A stretch of 64,000 nt of DNA, from the NCBI GenBank assembly GCA_031446125.1, contig CP132909.1, positions 340,678 to 404,677 on the forward strand, given 5' to 3'. Below the pieces are notes generated by a model. The model was not told the origin of the DNA. It worked only from the letters and a program-made list of their open reading frames with translations, and did no database searches. Of the stretch, positions 1 to 12,365 are shown in pieces. The translations under genes were made by a program, and so were the position numbers. The stretch is from Arsenophonus sp. GTDB taxonomy: Bacteria; Pseudomonadota; Gammaproteobacteria; Enterobacterales; Enterobacteriaceae. The stretch's first letter is position 1. Each line of letters starts with the position of its first letter.

Positions 1-483
1 GAATCACTACGATCACGAGCGGATTTAATTATAGATACTTCTAATATGTCTGTTCACAGATTATCTGAAATACTTCGTGCACATTTATTGGGAAAAAAAA
101 AGCGTGAAATTACTATGGTCTTTAAATCTTTTGGCTTTAAGTATGGTATCCCAATTGATGCTGATTATGTATTCGATGTACGTTTTTTACCTAATCCACA
201 TTGGAATATAAAATTACGTCAAATGACTGGTCTAGATCGTCCTATTGCTGATTTTTTAAATCGACATATAGAAGTACATAATTTTATTTATCAAACTCGC
301 AGTTATATTGAATTATGGTTACCAATGCTAGAATCTAATAATCGCAGTTATTTAACTATTGCTATTGGTTGTACTGGAGGAAAACATCGGTCCGTTTATA
401 TAGCAGAAAAATTAGCAAATTATTTTCAATCTCAAGGTAAAAATGCACAATCTCGACATCGAACGCTAGAAAAATATAACTAA
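1..483 (+). CDS. rapZ: RNase adapter protein RapZ (YhbJ), C-terminal part; 5' end lies outside the window
   Basis: Frame 1 is open from base 1 ([16 protein letters not shown]...), so the track ORF 46..483 is only the part after an internal Met. The translated [28 protein letters not shown] and [10 protein letters not shown] match the conserved RapZ C-terminal domain. TAA stop at 481-483. Confidence 0.9.
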   Translation, partial: ESLRSRADLIIDTSNMSVHRLSEILRAHLLGKKKREITMVFKSFGFKYGIPIDADYVFDVRFLPNPHWNIKLRQMTGLDRPIADFLNRHIEVHNFIYQTRSYIELWLPMLESNNRSYLTIAIGCTGGKHRSVYIAEKLANYFQSQGKNAQSRHRTLEKYN

Positions 484-592
484 AAGATATATAAAATATT
501 TTTTTTAAAAAATTAAAAACTATATTTAAAAATAAAATTTATGAATTATTTCTAGATAATATCTAAATGCTATAATCTTTTTATAAAAAATA

Positions 593-1933
593 TTATAATC
601 CAGAAACAAAAATTTCTGATAATAATACAGAACCACATTGAATATTTCCACGAGTTTCAATATCATTCCCTATCATTACTATATTAGACCACATATCTTT
701 CAAATTTCCTACAATGGTAATTTCGCTAACAGGATACTTGATTACTCCACTTTCTACCCAAAATCCACAAGCTCCTCTAGAATAATTGCCATTTATTAAA
801 CTAACTCCTTGCCCCATTAATTCAGTTACAACTAATCCCTTCCACATTTCTTTTAATAAAGCATTAAAATCTAATTTTTGATTTGTAATACACCAATTAT
901 GAATACCACCAGCATGACCAGTACTTTTCAAACCCAATTGACGGCCAGAATAGCTATTTAACAACCATGTTTGTAATATTCCTTGATCAACAATATTACA
1001 TTGATTGGTCTTTACTCCTTCATTGTCAAAAGGAGAAGAGGCTAAACCACCAATTAAATGTGGTTTTTCTTGAATGGTTAACCAAGAAGGAAAAATTTTT
1101 TTACCAAGATCATGCAATAAAAAAGACGATTTTCGATAAATATTATAACCACTAATGGGATTTACTAAATGATGAAACAATCCAGTAGCTATTTCTGCAA
1201 TAAAAATAACTGCAGTTTTCATCGTGGATATTTTTTTTGGATAAAGACGTGATACAGCTCGATTGGCAGCATGACATCCGACCAATTGAGGTGATTGTAA
1301 ATCTTCTAATCGACGTGCTACAGTATAAGAATTAGATCTTTCCATCGAATTATTTTCTTTAGCAATGACACAACTTGATATTGAATGTTGACTTAAACAA
1401 TAACTTTGTAACATTTCAGCAGTATTACCAAATACTCTAATTCCATAATGACTATTAAAATGCCCACCCTCCGTATTTTTAATCCTTTTATCTGTTTTTA
1501 AAGCAGAAATTTCTGCTTGACTCGCTAATTTAATTGCTTTCTTAAGATCCATATTAAATGGATGAAATAATTTTAAATCTATTGCTTTATAAGCCAAGAG
1601 ATCAATGTCTGGTAAACCTACAAAAGGATCTTCTGACGTATATTTAGCAATATCAATAGCTGATTGTACAGTATGTTGAATTATTTTTGTATTTAAATTA
1701 GTAGAAGAAGCAATTCCTTTACATTTTTTATAATATACTATAATATTAAATATATTATCACTGTTAAATTCAATATTTTCAATGTTACCAAAACGTGTGC
1801 TAACATTAATACCATTTATTGTATTAACAATTACCTCTGCTGCATCACATTTCTTTTTTGCTATAGATAATGCAAATGCAACTTTTTCTTCTAATTCTTT
1901 ACGTTGTAAAAATATTTTTTTTACAAAATCCAT
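593..1933 (-). CDS. pmbA: Metalloprotease PmbA (TldE)
   Basis: 446-aa ORF with an ATG start, close to the ~450 aa of E. coli PmbA. PmbA/TldD-family C-terminal region is visible ([21 protein letters not shown]). Confidence 0.93.
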   Translation of the reverse strand: MDFVKKIFLQRKELEEKVAFALSIAKKKCDAAEVIVNTINGINVSTRFGNIENIEFNSDNIFNIIVYYKKCKGIASSTNLNTKIIQHTVQSAIDIAKYTSEDPFVGLPDIDLLAYKAIDLKLFHPFNMDLKKAIKLASQAEISALKTDKRIKNTEGGHFNSHYGIRVFGNTAEMLQSYCLSQHSISSCVIAKENNSMERSNSYTVARRLEDLQSPQLVGCHAANRAVSRLYPKKISTMKTAVIFIAEIATGLFHHLVNPISGYNIYRKSSFLLHDLGKKIFPSWLTIQEKPHLIGGLASSPFDNEGVKTNQCNIVDQGILQTWLLNSYSGRQLGLKSTGHAGGIHNWCITNQKLDFNALLKEMWKGLVVTELMGQGVSLINGNYSRGACGFWVESGVIKYPVSEITIVGNLKDMWSNIVMIGNDIETRGNIQCGSVLLSEIFVSGL

Positions 1934-2154
1934 TAATTTTATCCAAAAAAAGTAAAGTATATCATAAACTTTTTATTTGTTTTATTAGAAATTTAAATTT
2001 TTTGTATAATTAAAATACTATTTCAAAAATTTTTTAATAAAAAACTATAAAAAATATAAGTAATTCCATTAAATATAAAATTTAATAAAATAATAAAGAT
2101 TCAAAAAAATTGTCATAACAAAATTATATAAAAATATTTTTGTTATACATAAAA

Positions 2155-3603
2155 TTATATTTCTGTCCCACCAACGGTCATACTTTCTAATTTCAATGTT
2201 GGTTGACCTACTCCAACAGGAATACTTTGACCTTCTTTTTCACAAGTACTAATACCACTATCAATTTTTAAATCATTTCCAACCATTGAAATTTTCTGCA
2301 TAATATCCTTACCAGATCCAATCAATGTAACTCCTTTTATAGGTTTAGTAATTTTTCCATTTTCAATTAAATAAGCTTCTAGAGTTGAAAATACAAATTT
2401 TCCAGAAGTAATATCAACTTGTCCACCAGAAAAAGTAGGTGCATAAATACCTCGATGCACACTATCTATAATTTCTTCAGGCATTGATTTTCCTGCTAAT
2501 AAATAAGTATTAGTCATGCGAGGCATAGGTAGATGTGCATAAGATTCACGTCTTCCATTTCCAGTAGAAAAAGTATCCATCAATCGTGCGTTCATCTTAT
2601 CTTGCATATATTTTTTTAAAATTCCATTTTCAATTAACACATTATATTTACCTGGTACACCTTCATCATCAATTGCCAAAGATCCTCTATGTCCAAATAA
2701 TGTAGAATCATCAACAACAGTACAAAGTTCCGAAGCAACTTTTTTTCCTAATTGATTACTAAAAACAGATGTCTCTCGACGATTAAAATCACCTTCAAGA
2801 CCATGTCCTACTGCTTCATGTAATAAAATACCTGGCACACCAGCTCCTAATACAACAGGCATTCTCCCTGCTGGGGCAGGGACAGCTTGAAGATTTATTA
2901 ATGCTATTCTTACAGCTTCTCTAACATAATATTCTACTAAAAATTCACCTTCATTTTTTTTAAAAAAATATTGATAATCATAACGACCACCGCATCCACT
3001 AAAACCACATTCACGTTTTCCTTTGTCCTCAACTAACACTTTAATAGACAAACATACTAATGGACGCAGATCAGCAGCTAATGTCGAATCTGTCGCTACA
3101 ATTAAAATATGTTCATAAATTCCTGATAGATTAATATTAACTTCTTTTACTCTTGAATCTTCTGATCTTGCAATTTTATCAATACGCTGTAAAAATTCTA
3201 TTTTTTCTTCCTTATTTATTAATTCTAATGGATTACTTCTAGGATACACAGATTTAAAATGAACATTATTTAGAATACACTTTTTTTTTTCACTTTTTTT
3301 ATTTAAAAAACCACATGCTGTAAGTGCACTTTTATATAAAGTTTCTAAACTTACTTTATTAGTATACGAAAATCCTGTTTTATTATGATCAATAACACGA
3401 ATACCAACACCTTCATCAATATTATAAGAACCTTTTTTAATAATTTTATTGTCCAATTCTAATCTTTCATGAAATAGTGATTGAAAAAAAAGATCAGCAT
3501 AATCTATTTTTTTTTCTGTCAGTAATTCTAAAATATCCTGAAGATGTTGATAATTTAAATTGTTTGATGTTAGAAAATGTTCAGTAACGATATTTAAACT
3601 CAT
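2155..3603 (-). CDS. tldD: Metalloprotease TldD
   Basis: 482 aa versus 481 in E. coli. The [11 protein letters not shown] zinc-binding motif and C-terminal GVGQPTLK are visible. Confidence 0.95.
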   Translation of the reverse strand: MSLNIVTEHFLTSNNLNYQHLQDILELLTEKKIDYADLFFQSLFHERLELDNKIIKKGSYNIDEGVGIRVIDHNKTGFSYTNKVSLETLYKSALTACGFLNKKSEKKKCILNNVHFKSVYPRSNPLELINKEEKIEFLQRIDKIARSEDSRVKEVNINLSGIYEHILIVATDSTLAADLRPLVCLSIKVLVEDKGKRECGFSGCGGRYDYQYFFKKNEGEFLVEYYVREAVRIALINLQAVPAPAGRMPVVLGAGVPGILLHEAVGHGLEGDFNRRETSVFSNQLGKKVASELCTVVDDSTLFGHRGSLAIDDEGVPGKYNVLIENGILKKYMQDKMNARLMDTFSTGNGRRESYAHLPMPRMTNTYLLAGKSMPEEIIDSVHRGIYAPTFSGGQVDITSGKFVFSTLEAYLIENGKITKPIKGVTLIGSGKDIMQKISMVGNDLKIDSGISTCEKEGQSIPVGVGQPTLKLESMTVGGTEI

Positions 3604-4524
3604 ATTAATTCACTCATTTTTATTGCATTTAATTTTTATAAAATAGCAAAAAAAAATATAAATATTAATTTTTATGATTTTAATCATAATAGTTTTTATA
3701 ACTTTTTAGTATTTTTATGATTCTTTAATTTTAAAACAAAACCTGATGATTTTATCAAAAAATATTCGATTTTTATAAAAAAAAATAAAAACAAAAGATT
3801 TTTTATATTTTTCTTTAAAAAGAATCAAATTAAATTTGATTTTACTAATAAATATATTAGTAATATTTTGATTTATAAATTATATCAACATTTATCAAGA
3901 TTAAGATTTTTAAAAGAAACAAGTACAGCGATTTCAAAAAAAAATATTTTAAATTAAATTTAAAGTCATTATTTAAACGATTAATATCAAATCTCGATAG
4001 TATATTTATCTAACAAATATAAATTAAATTAATTTTAAATAGTACCTATCATAATATTTGAATTTATACCTAAATAAACTGGAAAATCATTATTTTTTAC
4101 TCTTAAAAATTTATTTTCCTTTTTATGGTTTTTGCATAAAATTTTTCTTAAAATTATATCATCAAAATAAAAATTTTAAATAATAAATATATAAATTTAA
4201 ACTATTCATAATATTATTTTCTTAGAAAAAACCTTTTAAAAATTGTTTGTTTAATTTTTTTATTATATTTTATATTATAGATAATAAAGTTTTATTTTCT
4301 AAAATTTTTATTAAAAAATATAAAAACTTTCTTTTAAATTTTTTATTATGTACCATAATTTTTATTAATTCATCAAAAAATTTATTAACATTTCTTTAAA
4401 AATTAATTTTTTTATTAAAAAAATCTTTTATTTTTTAAATATCAGAAAAAAGCAGAAGAATATTTTCATATTCAAAATTACTATGCAAAATAATTGATGC
4501 AGTTTATTTTTTTTAAATATCATT

Positions 4525-6870
4525 TCAAAGTGGAATATTAATAGATACTTTGCCATATGAAGTAGTAATTCCAGATAAATAACGTATAATAAATTTCGGC
4601 AAAATAAAAATTTTATCAACTTGCCAATCACTAGAAAAATTAATATTAATATAATAATTTTTTTTTGTTTTTATTGTTTTTAATCTTAAATTTACAGGTT
4701 GTCCAAACCATTCAGCACATAATTTTTTACTTTCAAAATGACTATTTTGAAAATAAATATACCCAGTTAATTTTTTAATTTTTTTATCAAAAATATGAAT
4801 ATCATTTTTATTAAAACCTACTCTTCCACTAAAAATAAAAGCATGAGAATATTCTTCAAGAGGGATAGAAAGCATAAATTGACCAGTAAGTTTACCATGT
4901 ATTTTGACTAAATTTAATATCTTAATAATTTTTCTTTTGATAGGTGTATGAATTAAATAATTTCGTAACGCTTCTATATCCGCATTAACTTTTGAGCTTA
5001 TCAATAATTTTGAATGACCATAACCAGTAATATTTCCGTTAATATCTAATATATCTATATTTCCTAATTTTATTCTATTAGAAGATATATGCAATCTATT
5101 ACGTTCAAAATTTAAATCAACATCTAAATTTAAAATTCTAGGCCAATTATTTTTATATTGAATAATTGCTGATCGTAAAGGTATAAAAAATTGAAATTGT
5201 CCATTATTTTCTTTAAAAGAAAAATTATGTGGGTTACCATGAAATAATAAAGTTGCTCCATCCACATGACCAGAAATAATGGTTTTTTTAAAATAATCAT
5301 TTAATTTTTTTCCTATAAAGCGTTGAGGAAAATAATGCCAAACATCACTAATATTTTTTAATTTTGCACCAGCTAAAACACTTAACATGGATTGTTTTTT
5401 ATTTTCTATCAAATAACGAAAATCACCACTAATCCATAATGATTGTGCTTGTAAGTTTATATTTTTACCTAAAATTAAATCTAATTTATCTTTTCTAGAC
5501 CAAAAAATTGTTCCATATCCACTAGAAATATACAATGGTATTTGAAACATTGATTTATATTCAATCTTGCTATTATGTAAATTAAAATAAAATACCCCTC
5601 CCAGATAATCCCCTTTAAATGATCCACTACAATGATTAATAGCAAATATATTTTTAAAATTTGTTAAACTCATATCATTCCAAGTTATATCAATTAAAGT
5701 TTTTTCTGGATATTTAGGTGTCACATCTAATACTAATCTAACAATTTTTCCTTTTAGTTTATATTTTTCAAAATCATGGATAAAATCAGGCATAAAACAA
5801 GAAAAAATAGCAAAAAAAGATCTTAATTCCTCTAATGCAATATTATTTAGTACTATGTTCCAATAATCTTGATTTTGATGTGTTTTTGACTTTGGGAAAT
5901 AAAAAAAGGATGCTTGACCTTCAAGCCACTTCTTTTTATCTGTTTCAAAATTTTGTAATTTTGGAATATAAAAAAACCAATTCTGTTCTTGATGTTTTAT
6001 ACTCAAATATATATCTTTAAAAGATATTTGATGTTTTTCTTGATCTAAGTTCCAATTTACACTTCCTTTATCGAAGTATATTTGCCCATCCTTAATGCGA
6101 TTATTTTTGATTACAATCCAACTAGAAAAACTAAACACTGAATTTTCTAAATTTATCTTTCTATTTACCAAAAAATTCAACCAGGGATATAAATTAACAT
6201 TATTACCATGTAAATATACCATTCCTTTATTTATATGATTGTTTTTATGGTAAAAATTAATTTTAATTTGTATAATATTTTGATCTGTTTTTTTTTCAAA
6301 AAGATCAAAATTTATTATACCTTCTGCTAAATGATTGTCATTTTTATTGAACCATATAAATTCTGGAATATTTAATCTTCTTTTTTCTAAGAAAGGAGAT
6401 AAAAAGTTTATATAACTATCTTTAAGAATTAATGAATGAATTTTCTTAAAGAAAACATTACTAAAAATATCTGATTTAAAATAATCAAAATTAGCTTCAC
6501 TAATAACATTTAAAAGTGTATAATAACTAACATGTAATTGATACAAAGCAATTTCGTGAAAATATAAATCAAAAGAAAATAATGAACGCCATATATCTAA
6601 TAAAAATGTTATTTTTTTGATCTTAACATTTATTTTTTCAGAAAAAAAGTTAACATCAGAAAAAACGAATGTTGGGCGAAAAGAAGTGAATTTTATTTTA
6701 AAATCTTTAATTTTTAATGGGATCCCAGTTAATAAGTGAATATTTTTTTCAAATTGATTTTTATATAAATTAATTTGAAAAAGAAAAAAACGGGATACGA
6801 TAAAAAATAAAAAAAATATCACTAGTATAGCTTTAATTCTATATACTAATAACTTAATTATTTTTTTCAC
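4525..6870 (-). CDS. yhdP: AsmA-family envelope protein YhdP, N-terminal ~60% only (truncated gene, possibly a pseudogene)
   Basis: 781-aa ORF with a GTG start and AGGA 8 nt upstream. It has an N-terminal TM segment, and the following region resembles the E. coli YhdP N-terminus. It occupies the yhdP position between tldD and mreD. E. coli YhdP is about 1266 aa. Here a TGA stop at 4525-4527 is followed by 921 bp with no ORF. Confidence 0.7.
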   Translation of the reverse strand: MKKIIKLLVYRIKAILVIFFLFFIVSRFFLFQINLYKNQFEKNIHLLTGIPLKIKDFKIKFTSFRPTFVFSDVNFFSEKINVKIKKITFLLDIWRSLFSFDLYFHEIALYQLHVSYYTLLNVISEANFDYFKSDIFSNVFFKKIHSLILKDSYINFLSPFLEKRRLNIPEFIWFNKNDNHLAEGIINFDLFEKKTDQNIIQIKINFYHKNNHINKGMVYLHGNNVNLYPWLNFLVNRKINLENSVFSFSSWIVIKNNRIKDGQIYFDKGSVNWNLDQEKHQISFKDIYLSIKHQEQNWFFYIPKLQNFETDKKKWLEGQASFFYFPKSKTHQNQDYWNIVLNNIALEELRSFFAIFSCFMPDFIHDFEKYKLKGKIVRLVLDVTPKYPEKTLIDITWNDMSLTNFKNIFAINHCSGSFKGDYLGGVFYFNLHNSKIEYKSMFQIPLYISSGYGTIFWSRKDKLDLILGKNINLQAQSLWISGDFRYLIENKKQSMLSVLAGAKLKNISDVWHYFPQRFIGKKLNDYFKKTIISGHVDGATLLFHGNPHNFSFKENNGQFQFFIPLRSAIIQYKNNWPRILNLDVDLNFERNRLHISSNRIKLGNIDILDINGNITGYGHSKLLISSKVNADIEALRNYLIHTPIKRKIIKILNLVKIHGKLTGQFMLSIPLEEYSHAFIFSGRVGFNKNDIHIFDKKIKKLTGYIYFQNSHFESKKLCAEWFGQPVNLRLKTIKTKKNYYININFSSDWQVDKIFILPKFIIRYLSGITTSYGKVSINIPL

Positions 6871-7682
6871 TCCATATTTCCTGAAAAAAAGTTTTTATAA
6901 TAATTTATCTTTCATTATACGATACTAAATTGTCTCAGATTAAAGAGTGATTTTAATTTTTGATCTTTTAAAAGAGATATTCTTAAGAAATTGTGATTAA
7001 AAACTCTTAAATTTATATATAATATAAAAATGATTATTAGAAATAAAAACATCAAAAAATGATATTAATTATTCAACGAGACTTTTAATATATAATATAA
7101 ATAAAATTTATCTAATTTTTATTCTATAAAAAATTTTTTTAATCAAAATTTTTGTAAGAAATAATCCCATTATTTAAAATAAAAAAATTAAAAATACTAT
7201 AAAATAATTAATTCAATTAAATAAAATTATGAACATAAAATTATAATTTAAAGATATTAATTATTTAATATAAAAATATAAAACAATAATTTAAAAATGT
7301 TGCAAATTATTTTTCAAAATTTTATAAATAAAATCTAAAAATAAATTAAATTTTTTTATCAAAAGTTTACGAAAAATTTTGTTTTATTATTTGTAAAATC
7401 TGTAATTTTATGTGATATATTAAAAAATAAGATAAAATTTTGTATCGTAATTTTTTATAAAATACGTTAAATCTAAATTAATCTAATATAAATACATTAT
7501 TTATTATAATACTAAATTTATTTTTTAAAAAAAATAAATTTCATGCATTATATATTTTTTTACACATTTTTTTTGCAATATTAAAAACATATTTCTTTAT
7601 TTAATCTATGATGAAATAAAAATGATATCAATACAAATTAAAATTAAATTTTTAATTAATTAACATTTTATAAAAAATTAAT

Positions 7683-8183
7683 TTAACGCACTAAAAAACG
7701 ACGTCTAACTTTTCTTAAAAATACAAATATCCATGGCCATAAAACACCATTTATCAAACAATTTAAAAATATTTCAGGATGAAATAATACAACAGAAGAA
7801 AAAAATTCCATTAAAAATAAAGTAAAATTCATTATCACCGATAATCCAACAATAACAAGTGATTGTTGCCATATTTCCATATTACGAAAAAGTTGATATT
7901 TACAGGATACTAAATAACAAATCATACTATTAATGAATGCGTGTATACCAAAAGTTATACCTTGCATTAAATCCATTAAAATTCCTAAAAAAAATCCACT
8001 ACCTACGCTAATTCGGTGTGGTAAAGCCATAACCCAATAAATTAAAATTAAAATTAACCATGTTGGTCTATAATAAATAAATTGTTTTGGACAAGGAATT
8101 TGTTCTAAAATGATTGCAAACAAAAAAGATAACCAAATAACCCACAATCTACTACCATCATTTTGATGCATTTTATATTCCAT
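7683..8183 (-). CDS. mreD: Rod shape-determining protein MreD
   Basis: 166-aa polytopic membrane ORF directly downstream of mreC. RLWVIWLSFLFAIILEQIP resembles the E. coli MreD N-terminus. An alternative ATG at 8171 would give 162 aa. Confidence 0.85.
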   Translation of the reverse strand: MEYKMHQNDGSRLWVIWLSFLFAIILEQIPCPKQFIYYRPTWLILILIYWVMALPHRISVGSGFFLGILMDLMQGITFGIHAFINSMICYLVSCKYQLFRNMEIWQQSLVIVGLSVIMNFTLFLMEFFSSVVLFHPEIFLNCLINGVLWPWIFVFLRKVRRRFLVR

Positions 8184-8242
8184 AGGTTGTTTTTATTTTT
8201 TCTATAAATTTTATTTAAAAAAAACATTTTTATTACTGAATT

Positions 8243-9220
8243 TTATGGAGGATTATTTTTTTTATTTTTTATATCATTTGATGTTATATTATTTTCAATA
8301 ACTTTCTGCTTACTAGAAAAAATATCAGGAAAAATATTGATCACTCCCTTATTTGCAACTTCATATACATCTGATTCTGATAAGGAATTATCAACTTCAT
8401 TAGAACGTCCTAATAACAACAAAAGATAACGTAATCTTTGTAAATTCGCACTAGGTTTTGCACGAATAATCATATACGCACGTTGAAAATCATATTTTAC
8501 AGAAGAAACAATAGCTACTGGATAACCTTCTGGAAATCGACCACCTAAACCAGACGTTACTATCACATCACCAATTCGTATATCAGTATTATCAGGAACA
8601 GGTTCAAGTTGAAGATCATCACTACATCCTGTACCTGCTGCAATTACCCGAATATCATTACGTAATATTTGTATCGGTAATGCATGAGTAATATCACAAA
8701 TTAATAAAACACGGCTATTAAATTGACTAACTGAAATTACCTGTCCTACAACACCTTTATCACTAATTACAGGCTGTCCTTCATAAACATCATCGTATAA
8801 ACCTTTATCGATCATAATTTGATCTCGATAAGGAGTGTTCAACCAAGATAATACTTGAGTTAACATCATATTTTCACGTTGACGTAAAGGAGATCCTAAA
8901 AGTGTACGTAATTTAGAATTTTCCTGTTTGAGTTGTTCAAGTAATAAATTATCTGCTTTTTTAAGCAATATTTCTTTTTTTAATGTATGATTTTCAAAAA
9001 GAAGTTGTTTTCTTTGTGTAAATGTATCTGAAATATTATCAAGAAATTCTCGAGGATAATTAATTAAAAAATGCAATGGAGTAAGCGCTGTTTCTAAATA
9101 ACTACGAACTATATTGAAAAAAGTAAAATTACGATCACAAAAAAAGAGTATAATTGCAAAAAAAAATGCAATAATAATACGAAATTCTATTGATAATTTT
9201 TTAATAAATATCGGTTTCAT
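8243..9220 (-). CDS. mreC: Rod shape-determining protein MreC
   Basis: 325 aa with an N-terminal TM and coiled coil (LLEQLKQENSKLR), plus the conserved GQPVISDKGVVGQV and VTSGLGGRFPEGYPVA. Syntenic between mreB and mreD. Confidence 0.9.
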   Translation of the reverse strand: MKPIFIKKLSIEFRIIIAFFFAIILFFCDRNFTFFNIVRSYLETALTPLHFLINYPREFLDNISDTFTQRKQLLFENHTLKKEILLKKADNLLLEQLKQENSKLRTLLGSPLRQRENMMLTQVLSWLNTPYRDQIMIDKGLYDDVYEGQPVISDKGVVGQVISVSQFNSRVLLICDITHALPIQILRNDIRVIAAGTGCSDDLQLEPVPDNTDIRIGDVIVTSGLGGRFPEGYPVAIVSSVKYDFQRAYMIIRAKPSANLQRLRYLLLLLGRSNEVDNSLSESDVYEVANKGVINIFPDIFSSKQKVIENNITSNDIKNKKNNPP

Positions 9221-9303
9221 TTTTTATAATAAAAAAGCAAAAAAAATATCAAAAAAAATAAAATATAATTTGTAATCAATGAATTTTTATTTAAATTATA
9301 TTT

Positions 9304-10359
<1,056 letters not shown>

Positions 10360-11309
10360 CTAAAAATGAAAAAAATATTTACATATTTCTACTTTGTTAA
10401 TTGCTTTAAATTATAAAAATCATTAATTTTTAGAATTAATGTATTTTTTATACAAATATCTAAATCTTGAATATGACAAATTTAAAATTTTTATCTTTTA
10501 AATAAAATTATTTTAAATAATATTATCTTTAAAAAATCAAAAAATGAGTATTAAAATCTAAATTGTAAATTAAAATTTAAATTGAAAAAAATAAAAAATT
10601 GTATACCATCAATATAATTTAGAAATAATTACTGATATATTTTATAAAAATTTATTTAGATAAAAATAATATATTTTCTATATTATATAGATTTTTTTAT
10701 ATTAAAAGCATAATTTTTTAAATTAATTATTTTTTAAATTTAATAAAATAGTTGTTCTTATAAAATTATCAATGATATGCATCATAAAAGATTAAGTCAA
10801 AATAAGGAATACATATTTATTACTAAAAATATTATCTTTTTTCTGTATTAAAGAAATAAAAATAAAGCTGCGCTTGCTGCACAACATAAAGTAATATTAA
10901 AATATAATACCAGGATTAATTATTTTAATCCCCGATATTAATTATCTTTTTAAAAAAATAATAAGTCACATAAAATTTATATAATAAATCAGAAGTACCA
11001 AAAACTGGTATTATTAATATAACACATATCCTATAAATTTTATAAATATTAAAATAACTTTTCTTAAGCTTATGAAATATTTCTAAAAATAAAATTTAAA
11101 AATAATATTTTAACCTAAATGAACAAAAAAAATATATTTTTAAATAATTTTATTTTTTTAATTTAATATATTTTTATTTAATTTTTAAAAGATATTTATA
11201 TTTTTTACCTTTTTTTATTATAAAGAATAATTTTCATTCATAAGGAATAATGATAAATTATAAATATTTGTATATCAAATTTGCAAAAAATCAACCTGGA
11301 GCTATAAAA

Positions 11310-11777
11310 ATGGTACATAAATTTCATATTTTAATATTAAACGGTCCTAATTTAAATATGATTGGCAAAAGAGAATCATTATATGGTGATGTTAAATTAA
11401 AGGATATCATAAAAAAAATTTTTAAAAAAGCGAAAACATTAGGTATAAAATTAACTCATTTTCAATCTAACGCTGAACATAAACTTATTAATATAATTCA
11501 TCGTTCCCAAAAAACAGTTGATTTTATAATAATAAATCCAGGGGGATTGACTCATACCAGTATTACATTAAGAGATGCTCTTTTAAGTATTGCAATCCCT
11601 TTTTATGAAGTTCATATTACAAATATTTATTCACGAGAAAAATTTAGACATCACTCTTATTTTTCTGATATCGCAAAAGGTCTTATTTGTGGATTTCATG
11701 CCGACGGTTATATTTTTGCATTAGAATCTGCAGTCAAATTTTTATTTAAAATTAAAAATATAAAAAATAATTCATAA
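11310..11777 (+). CDS. aroQ: 3-dehydroquinate dehydratase, type II
   Basis: [27 protein letters not shown] and [18 protein letters not shown] are visible. The track ORF starts at 11250, but the ATG at 11310 has GGAG 8 nt upstream and gives 155 aa (E. coli 150 aa). Confidence 0.9.
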   Translation: MVHKFHILILNGPNLNMIGKRESLYGDVKLKDIIKKIFKKAKTLGIKLTHFQSNAEHKLINIIHRSQKTVDFIIINPGGLTHTSITLRDALLSIAIPFYEVHITNIYSREKFRHHSYFSDIAKGLICGFHADGYIFALESAVKFLFKIKNIKNNS

Positions 11778-11880
11778 AAAATATTATATTTTTAAAATAT
11801 ATTTTTTAGATTACTAAAACCTATTTTTTAAAATTAAATCAATCTTATTTCAAACTATAAAACAATAATGGAATTAATGT

Positions 11881-12354
11881 ATGGATATTCGTAAAATTAG
11901 AAAATTAATTGAGCTTGTTGAAAAATCTGATATTTCTGAAATAGAAATTTCAGAAGGTGAAGAATCAGTACGAATTAGTCGAAAAATTATGAAACATTCA
12001 CAACAAAAATATATGGCAACATCAATTAAACATCAACCAATTTCAACAAATATTATTACACCTAATCAAACTTTACCTAAAAAAATAGACACGATTAATG
12101 AAAAAAAAACAGAAATTACTGGTTATATTCTTCGTTCTCCAATGGTTGGTACATTTTATAGATCCCCAACTCCAAAAACAAAACCATTTATTGAAATTGG
12201 GCAAATAGTTAAAATAGGTGATCCTTTATGTATTGTAGAAGCCATGAAAATGATGCATAAAATTGAAACAGATAAATCAGGTGTAGTAAAAGCAATTCTT
12301 GTAAAAAATGGAGAAACTGTTGAATTTGATGAACCATTAATTATCATCGAATAA
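11881..12354 (+). CDS. accB: Biotin carboxyl carrier protein of acetyl-CoA carboxylase
   Basis: 157 aa with the biotinyl-lysine motif [13 protein letters not shown]. Lies upstream of accC as in E. coli. Confidence 0.95.
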   Translation: MDIRKIRKLIELVEKSDISEIEISEGEESVRISRKIMKHSQQKYMATSIKHQPISTNIITPNQTLPKKIDTINEKKTEITGYILRSPMVGTFYRSPTPKTKPFIEIGQIVKIGDPLCIVEAMKMMHKIETDKSGVVKAILVKNGETVEFDEPLIIIE

Positions 12355-12365
12355 TGAGGCATTTT

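Noticed and set aside
4525-4527. Possibility of an alternative genetic code (TGA read as Trp), as in some tiny symbiont genomes.
   Set aside because: TGA ends ubiA (25653-25655) exactly at the C-terminus expected from E. coli (…GIFLNF versus …GLAMSY). All conserved proteins reach their expected lengths under the standard code with TGG for Trp. Code 11 therefore fits.
4428-4631. 67-aa ORF overlapping the yhdP 3' end, considered as a frameshifted continuation of yhdP.
   Set aside because: The translation (…FKKNKLHQLFCIVILNMKIFFCFFLIFKK) is low complexity and only about 30 codons extend past the yhdP stop. Nothing further downstream is open. It cannot account for the missing ~485 C-terminal residues.
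11250-11309. N-terminal extensions given by the ORF track for aroQ (11250), accC (12354), tusA (19635 TTG), lpxA (37512 GTG), rseP (43467 TTG) and frr (48617 TTG).
   Set aside because: In each case an internal ATG aligns with the E. coli N-terminus, gives the expected length and, where visible, has a better Shine-Dalgarno sequence. The extensions are non-conserved and often overlap the upstream gene.
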